This document shows, piece by piece, positions 58,958-64,000 of a DNA stretch of 64,000 bases (within the stretch, counting starts at the first letter, position 1; each line of letters begins with the position of its first letter). Below the pieces are notes generated by a model, which saw only the letters and a list, made by a program, of their open reading frames with translations, did not search any database and had not been told where the DNA came from. The position numbers and the translations under genes are program-made. Origin of the DNA: Candidatus Pacebacteria bacterium RIFOXYA1_FULL_38_18. Its GTDB lineage: Bacteria; Patescibacteriota; Microgenomatia; UBA1400; PJMF01. Location: the NCBI GenBank assembly GCA_001787405.1, contig MFWV01000007.1:15694-79693 (forward strand). The letters are read 5' to 3'.

Positions 58958-59017
58958 TGTGCGCAGGGGTAAACCTCATTGGGATTTTTCTTAATATGTT
59001 AAAAACTTGTCATTTTG

Positions 59018-59055
59018 CTGTTATATATTTGTTATATAACAACGATATAACAAAG
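59018..59055. promoter_or_regulatory. operator-like array: perfect 14-bp palindrome TTGTTATATAACAA plus direct TGTTATATA and TATAACAA repeats
   Basis: Read directly. It ends 15 bp upstream of the RHH gene ATG. Confidence 0.35.
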
Positions 59056-59069
59056 ACATACCTGAAAAT

Positions 59070-59381
59070 ATGCCTAAAATAAGTGTTTTCATACCAGCTT
59101 ACCTCAAGACGGAAGCTGAGCAACTAATTAAAGAGGGACATTTTGTTTCCTTAAGCGATTTAATTAGAACTGCTTTGCGAAAAACAATTGACCAGGCACA
59201 GCAGAACTTTATTTTTCATGAATTCAAACGAGAATATCGTCGTGGCGGAGCAATAGTGTTAGAAAATCCCAGAGATGTTGAGGTTTTTCTGGAAACAGTT
59301 GCTAATAAGGGCGAAAAGATTAAAGAGCTTTTTCAACCAGCCAGAAAACATATTTATCAGAAACGAAAGATAAAGTTTTAG
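59070..59381 (+). CDS. ribbon-helix-helix (CopG/Arc/MetJ-like) DNA-binding protein
   Basis: N-terminus KISVFIPAYLKTEAEQLIKEGHFVSLSDLIRTALRK fits the beta-strand, helix, helix RHH pattern. Confidence 0.45.
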   Translation: MPKISVFIPAYLKTEAEQLIKEGHFVSLSDLIRTALRKTIDQAQQNFIFHEFKREYRRGGAIVLENPRDVEVFLETVANKGEKIKELFQPARKHIYQKRKIKF

Positions 59382-59391
59382 TTGGCGGTTT

Positions 59392-59467
59392 GAAGTTCGG
59401 TTGAATATTCAAAGTTTAATTACTCGCTCGAAGTTTGTTTAAATATTCAAAGTTTAACCACTTGCTC
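59392..59467. repeat. two tandem imperfect 38-bp direct repeats, each containing a TTGAATATTCAA-type palindrome
   Basis: GAAGTTCGGTTGAATATTCAAAGTTTAATTACTCGCTC versus GAAGTTTGTTTAAATATTCAAAGTTTAACCACTTGCTC, about 31 of 38 identical. The second copy overlaps the 3' end of gap. Confidence 0.5.
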
Positions 59468-60490
59468 GATTAATCGATTGCAATAACCCCATTCATTGTC
59501 ATACCAGCTAATTATTTTGACTAAATTGCCGCCAATTACTTGGGTCATTTCCAAATCCACGATGCTTGACTCTGATCGACCGATGATGTCAGAAGAAACC
59601 AATGGTTCTCGAGTGACGGCAAGAATTCCCCGCCATTTATCTGATTGAGAGGCTTCTTCAAAAACACGATTTACTTCTTCGACAGTGGTGTCTTTTTTGG
59701 TAATAAACACCATGTCTGACAGTGAGCCGGTAGCGACAGGAACGCGCACTGATAATCCATCAAACAAACCATCTAGTTCTGGAATAACTTGCCCAGTAGC
59801 TTTGGCTGCTCCGGTCGAAGTGGGCACAATGTTCATTGCTGCTGCTCTGGCACGACGCAAATCTTTATGAGAATTATCATGCAGATTTTGATCATCGGTG
59901 TAGGCGTGAATAGTGGTTAGGGTAGCCTTCTCTACTCCAAAATGGTCAACCATGACTTGTGCAACCGTAGCAACGCATTGAGTGGTGCAGGAAGCATTGG
60001 AATGAAGATTCTGATTGGGATCAAGCTGATTGATTCCCAGCACTCCCATTTCCACACCGTCTCCTTTGGCTGGTGCGGAAATGATGACTTGTTTGGCTCC
60101 GGCAGTGAGGTGTGCCTGAGCTTTTTCTGCAGTTCTGAAGGCTCCTGTTGATTCGATGACGGTTGCCACTTCTAGTTTATTCCAAGGAATTTTGGCTGGA
60201 TCGCGTTGAGCAGTGATGGTGATGGCTTGACCATCTATGAGTAATTTACCCAAGACTGGATTCTCATCAGTAACCTGATCTTTGGTTTGTTGAACTTCAA
60301 CTTCGATTTTGCCAGGAAATTGTCCGTAGTTGGAATCATATTTCAAAAGGTGAGCCCATCCCTCAAGATCCATAGAGCCAGAAGTATTAATTGCTTTGAG
60401 CTCTAAAGTATCTCGATGATTTTTCCACCAAACTCGTAAAGCCACTCGGCCAATGCGTCCAAAACCATTGATGCCAAAATTCTTTTTCAT
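59447..60490 (-). CDS. gap: glyceraldehyde-3-phosphate dehydrogenase, type I
   Basis: NGFGRIGR, the active-site ASCTTQC motif and WYDNEWGY. Confidence 0.9.
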   Translation of the reverse strand: MKKNFGINGFGRIGRVALRVWWKNHRDTLELKAINTSGSMDLEGWAHLLKYDSNYGQFPGKIEVEVQQTKDQVTDENPVLGKLLIDGQAITITAQRDPAKIPWNKLEVATVIESTGAFRTAEKAQAHLTAGAKQVIISAPAKGDGVEMGVLGINQLDPNQNLHSNASCTTQCVATVAQVMVDHFGVEKATLTTIHAYTDDQNLHDNSHKDLRRARAAAMNIVPTSTGAAKATGQVIPELDGLFDGLSVRVPVATGSLSDMVFITKKDTTVEEVNRVFEEASQSDKWRGILAVTREPLVSSDIIGRSESSIVDLEMTQVIGGNLVKIISWYDNEWGYCNRLIEQVVKL

Positions 60491-60603
60491 GAGTTTCCTT
60501 TTTTAAATAAACTACTAATTTGAAGCAAATTTTAATTTATTGTTGATTAATCTAAGCTTACCCTATTAATATATCTCAATTAATACATTTTTAAAGTTTT
60601 TTC

Positions 60604-61641
60604 TCAATTAAAACCAATTTTTTTCTTAAGACGTAATAACTTCCAGCGCAAATTATCTATCCAACGGAAGATGGGATACAAAATAGGATCCAAAACCAAA
60701 TCATAGGTACCAACAAATTCCATCAATTTTCCACCGTAACCCTCTTTAAAGCGATGAAAACCATACCAAGGATTTTTCTTGTCTGGTTCTGGTCCAAGTG
60801 AGCCCCACATATCAAATTTTTTACAACCCTGAAGTTTCCCAAAACGAATGACTTCCCACATCATGAGATTGCTGGCCATTACCTCTCGATATTCACGAGT
60901 TGAAGCTCCGTAAGGGTAATATAAAACATCATTAAAAATAAAAACTATCCAAGAAACTAAAACTTTTTGTTGATAAACGGCATTGAAGATTCTCATAGTG
61001 CCAGTAGTGCTCAATTGATCCCACATTTTTTGAAAATAATCTGGTTTATGAGCATAAAAACCTTGTCTAGAAGTAGTTTTTCCCAAAATTTTTAAATAAA
61101 TGTCCAAACCTTCCTGAGAACTATTTTCAAAAATCTGCACTCCTTTTTTCTGAGCCAACTTGGTGTTATAGCGAGTTTTACTATTCAAGCCAGCAAATAA
61201 AGTTTCTTCATCGGGAGTTAAATCCAGCTCGAAAGTATATCTAGTAAACAATGGTTTGCCTGGTTGGCAACCATGATCGAGTAAAAATTGATGTAATTTC
61301 TGGTGAGTGGCTTGAGCGGTTTGCACTGGAGAAGCGACGTTGGGCTCTAGTTTGATAAACAATGAATTGTGTTGTTTGCCCAGTGTTTTCAGAGCAGCCA
61401 ATTGGTCTTCATCTGGAATGAAGCCTTTTGGCAAATAACCAGCGGTTTTTCCCATGAGAGGAATAGGATGAAAAGTAATTTGCAAGCCTTTACTCAAAGT
61501 ACCATTTTCATAAAAACCCAATCGTTCTACCGCTACTCCTGTTTTTTTGCGAAACTCTCCCCAACCCCAAGATTGTAAGGGGTGATCAATTATTTGATTG
61601 AAAAGTGTTTGCTCTTCGTCTTTAACCGATCGAATTAACAT
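60604..61641 (-). CDS. FemAB-family peptidoglycan peptide-bridge aminoacyltransferase
   Basis: HPLQSWGWGEFRKKTG (FemAB hallmark) and a GNAT-like duplicated fold; 345 aa. Confidence 0.7.
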   Translation of the reverse strand: MLIRSVKDEEQTLFNQIIDHPLQSWGWGEFRKKTGVAVERLGFYENGTLSKGLQITFHPIPLMGKTAGYLPKGFIPDEDQLAALKTLGKQHNSLFIKLEPNVASPVQTAQATHQKLHQFLLDHGCQPGKPLFTRYTFELDLTPDEETLFAGLNSKTRYNTKLAQKKGVQIFENSSQEGLDIYLKILGKTTSRQGFYAHKPDYFQKMWDQLSTTGTMRIFNAVYQQKVLVSWIVFIFNDVLYYPYGASTREYREVMASNLMMWEVIRFGKLQGCKKFDMWGSLGPEPDKKNPWYGFHRFKEGYGGKLMEFVGTYDLVLDPILYPIFRWIDNLRWKLLRLKKKIGFN

Positions 61642-61692
61642 AGATTGATCAATTATAAGAGTTTTTACAGAGCTTGTCAGGGAGGGGAATTT

Positions 61693-63639
61693 TTAAGATT
61701 TCAAAAAATCGTGGGCGGTAAGCTCTCCATCCAAAAGAGCATCCAGTGCGTCGTCATTAATAATTTTTCTCACTGATTTGGCGGCCGTTGGTTGGTCAGT
61801 AGTTATCATCGGTTCAGAAAAACCAATTTCTTGGACTAAGTCTTTACCAATTTCAGATAAAAAACGGCTTCGAGTGCTATGAGTGATTCTCCCAAAACTC
61901 CAACGTTTTTTAGCGTAAGTAATGATTAGCCTACGTTTGGCTCTGGTAATTCCTACGTAACACAGACGCCTTTCTTCTTCCATTTGTTCTTTTTCCCATA
62001 ATGATCTTTGATGAGGAAGCAAGCCTTCTTCTGCGCCAACAATAAAAACCATGGGAAATTCCAAGCCCTTGGCGGAATGCAGACTCATTAAGGTTACGAT
62101 TTTGGTTTGGTCTTTTATCGAATTGGTTGAATTTGTTGGTTGAGTAGCTAGATCGTGTAAGTATCCATCTTGAACGAGAGTTACATTTTCCAAAAATTGG
62201 TTTAGAGAAGTAAACTTGGCAGCTGTATTTAACAATTCTTGAATGTTTTCTACCCGCGCCAAATCTTGAGGATCATTTTCATTGAGTGTTTTGAGATATT
62301 CAGTGGTTTTGAGAATTTCCTCCAATAATTCCAGTGGCGAGAGAGCAGTAACTTTATTTTTATTTTTTTCTAACCACTTAAGATATTTATTCAGTCTTCG
62401 TTTGCCATTTTTTTCGGCTCTCTCTTTACTGACAGTGTCAGCATGATTGATGCCAAAACGTAAATAGGCCAATAAATCCTTGATCTCTTTACGCTCATAA
62501 AACTTAACTCCGCCAATGATTTGATAAGGAATTCCTCGCCTGACAAAAACTTCTTCAAAAGGACGAGATTGAGCGTTGGTGCGATATAAAATGACTATTT
62601 CGTGAGGAGAAAATTCTGTTTCTGCCTGAATGAGTTGGGCTACTTTTTCTGCTTCAATTTCCTCATCATTGGTTTCGATGATTTGAATTTTTTCCCGATC
62701 ATGGTTGTCAGTCCAAAGAGATAAGACGGGATGGGAGGTATTTTGTGAAATTACTCTAGTAGCAGCATCCAGAATAGTTTGTGTAGAGCGATAATTTTTT
62801 TCCAAACGATACTCTTTAATTTCAGTGAAATCCTGATTGAGACGCAACAAATTGCGATAATCTGCTCCGCGCCACGCATAAATACTTTGTGAAAAATCTC
62901 CCACAACATACAAATTATTTTGTGGCTGAGCCAAAAACTTGGTTAAAAAATATTGTGCTTTATTTGTGTCTTGATATTCGTCAACCAAAACATGTTTGAT
63001 CTGTTGTTGATAATAATCCAATACTTCTTTTTTTTGACGAAACAACCTCACTGTTTCCAGTAGCAAATCATCAAAATCCAAGGCCTCTTGTTTTTTGAGG
63101 GCTTGTTGGTAGAGCCGATAAACTTTACCAGCAAATTCTTGAGTAGCATCATGGGCTAGTCCTTGATATTCTTCTGGACTGAGCATCTCATTTTTTGCTT
63201 GGGAAATGAGGGAATGAATGAACTGTGGTTTGTATTTTTTTTGATCAAATTGATGTTGACGATAAATTTGTTTTAACAATGCTCGCTGATCACCACTGTC
63301 ATAAATAGTAAAGTTTTTATCTTTGCCTAGGTGATGAATGTGTTGGCGTAAAATCTTGGCGCATAAACTATGGAAGGTGCCAGAAAACTTAAGTTTTTGA
63401 CCAGTCAGCTTAAGCACTCGTTTATTCATTTCTCCAGCTGCTTTATTGGTAAAGGTAACCAACAAGATCTCTTCTGCTTTGAGGTTTTTTTCTTGAATAA
63501 GAAAAGCTGCTCTGGTAGTCAGCACTCTAGTTTTACCACTTCCTGCTCCGGCCAACACTACTGCTGGTCCGCCTTCATGTAACACAGCAGCTTTTTGCTG
63601 ATCATTAAGAGAACTTAACAATTGATTCATAAAAATCAT
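61693..63639 (-). CDS. UvrD/PcrA/Rep-family ATP-dependent DNA helicase
   Basis: LNDQQKAAV, Walker A motif AGAGSGKTRVLT, VDEYQDTN, and QNYRS-like and VGITRAK motifs. Confidence 0.85.
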   Translation of the reverse strand: MIFMNQLLSSLNDQQKAAVLHEGGPAVVLAGAGSGKTRVLTTRAAFLIQEKNLKAEEILLVTFTNKAAGEMNKRVLKLTGQKLKFSGTFHSLCAKILRQHIHHLGKDKNFTIYDSGDQRALLKQIYRQHQFDQKKYKPQFIHSLISQAKNEMLSPEEYQGLAHDATQEFAGKVYRLYQQALKKQEALDFDDLLLETVRLFRQKKEVLDYYQQQIKHVLVDEYQDTNKAQYFLTKFLAQPQNNLYVVGDFSQSIYAWRGADYRNLLRLNQDFTEIKEYRLEKNYRSTQTILDAATRVISQNTSHPVLSLWTDNHDREKIQIIETNDEEIEAEKVAQLIQAETEFSPHEIVILYRTNAQSRPFEEVFVRRGIPYQIIGGVKFYERKEIKDLLAYLRFGINHADTVSKERAEKNGKRRLNKYLKWLEKNKNKVTALSPLELLEEILKTTEYLKTLNENDPQDLARVENIQELLNTAAKFTSLNQFLENVTLVQDGYLHDLATQPTNSTNSIKDQTKIVTLMSLHSAKGLEFPMVFIVGAEEGLLPHQRSLWEKEQMEEERRLCYVGITRAKRRLIITYAKKRWSFGRITHSTRSRFLSEIGKDLVQEIGFSEPMITTDQPTAAKSVRKIINDDALDALLDGELTAHDFLKS

Positions 63640-63692
63640 CTTAACATGCTCACCTACTGACCGCTGAGAAGGAAAATGATAAGATGTGAATC

Positions 63693-64000
63693 ATGAACAA
63701 ATTGATTATTGGTAATTGGAAGGCAAATAAATCATTAACGCAAGCACAAGCTTGGTTGGCAGTCGTTTCAAACTCAGTAGATAAATTGGATTTAACCAAA
63801 GTTACTCCAATATTGGCACCAGCCTTTTCTTTATTGGGCACGGTAGCTCCAGTAATAACCAAGCTTGGTTGGCGATTGGCGGTTCAAGACGTGAGTCCTT
63901 TTCCGGCAGGTTCTTATACTGGAGCTGTTTCGGTTGTAAATCTTCAAGACTTACCCATCACTTATGTTCTAGTTGGTCATTCCGAAAGACGTCAGTATTT
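63693..64000 (+). CDS. tpiA: triosephosphate isomerase, 3'-truncated by the window edge
   Basis: MNKLIIGNWKAN...LVGHSERRQY are canonical TIM N-terminal motifs. The frame is open to the window edge and is absent from the ORF track because no stop falls within the window. Confidence 0.75.
   Translation, partial: MNKLIIGNWKANKSLTQAQAWLAVVSNSVDKLDLTKVTPILAPAFSLLGTVAPVITKLGWRLAVQDVSPFPAGSYTGAVSVVNLQDLPITYVLVGHSERRQY

Overview
This 64-kb window reads as an AT-rich chromosomal segment from a reduced-genome bacterium with a monoderm (Gram-positive-like) envelope, plausibly Patescibacteria/CPR, Saccharibacteria-like; the taxon is inference only. It is densely coded with housekeeping genes: glyA, nfo, folD, rpsB-tsf, a YebC-family gene, a Xer-like recombinase, gyrA, gyrB, ppaC-like, holB-like, recG, tyrS, a Cys/Met PLP enzyme, a class A PBP, pheS-pheT, rplT-rpmI-infC, tig, gap, a FemAB-family gene, a UvrD/PcrA helicase and partial tpiA, plus rpsP-KH, rnc, a nusB-like gene and an unannotated rpmF. 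Two tRNAs are present, Ala-GGC and Val-GAC. A type IV pilus system is split across two loci and has no secretin. One locus (21.3-30.2 kb) carries pilB-pilT-pilC, a major pilin, pilD, a Cys-rich protein and four more pilins. The other (39.4-42.6 kb) is a separate pilM-pilN-pilO operon. A convergent 5-gene minus-strand operon (30.2-36.7 kb) encodes a fifth minor pilin, two paralogous large secreted proteins and two membrane proteins of unknown function. The most striking non-coding signal is a T-box riboswitch on the minus strand (48.33-48.72 kb). It has a strong sigma70 promoter, a Stem I with an AUG (Met) specifier, a canonical antiterminator (AAGG[UGGUACC]GCGUU...AACGCCCUU) and an overlapping intrinsic terminator. 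It sits upstream of an operon made of a 360-aa protein of unknown function and a Cys/Met-family PLP enzyme. Other notable items are a 1.6-kb ORF-free AT-rich region carrying two 29-bp perfect palindromes with a shared CCAGGCT core next to the Xer gene, an ACP-like gene whose phosphopantetheine-attachment Ser is replaced by Asn, a ribbon-helix-helix gene preceded by a palindromic operator-like array, and tandem 38-bp repeats at the 3' end of gap. No CRISPR arrays, rRNA genes or obvious transposases were seen.
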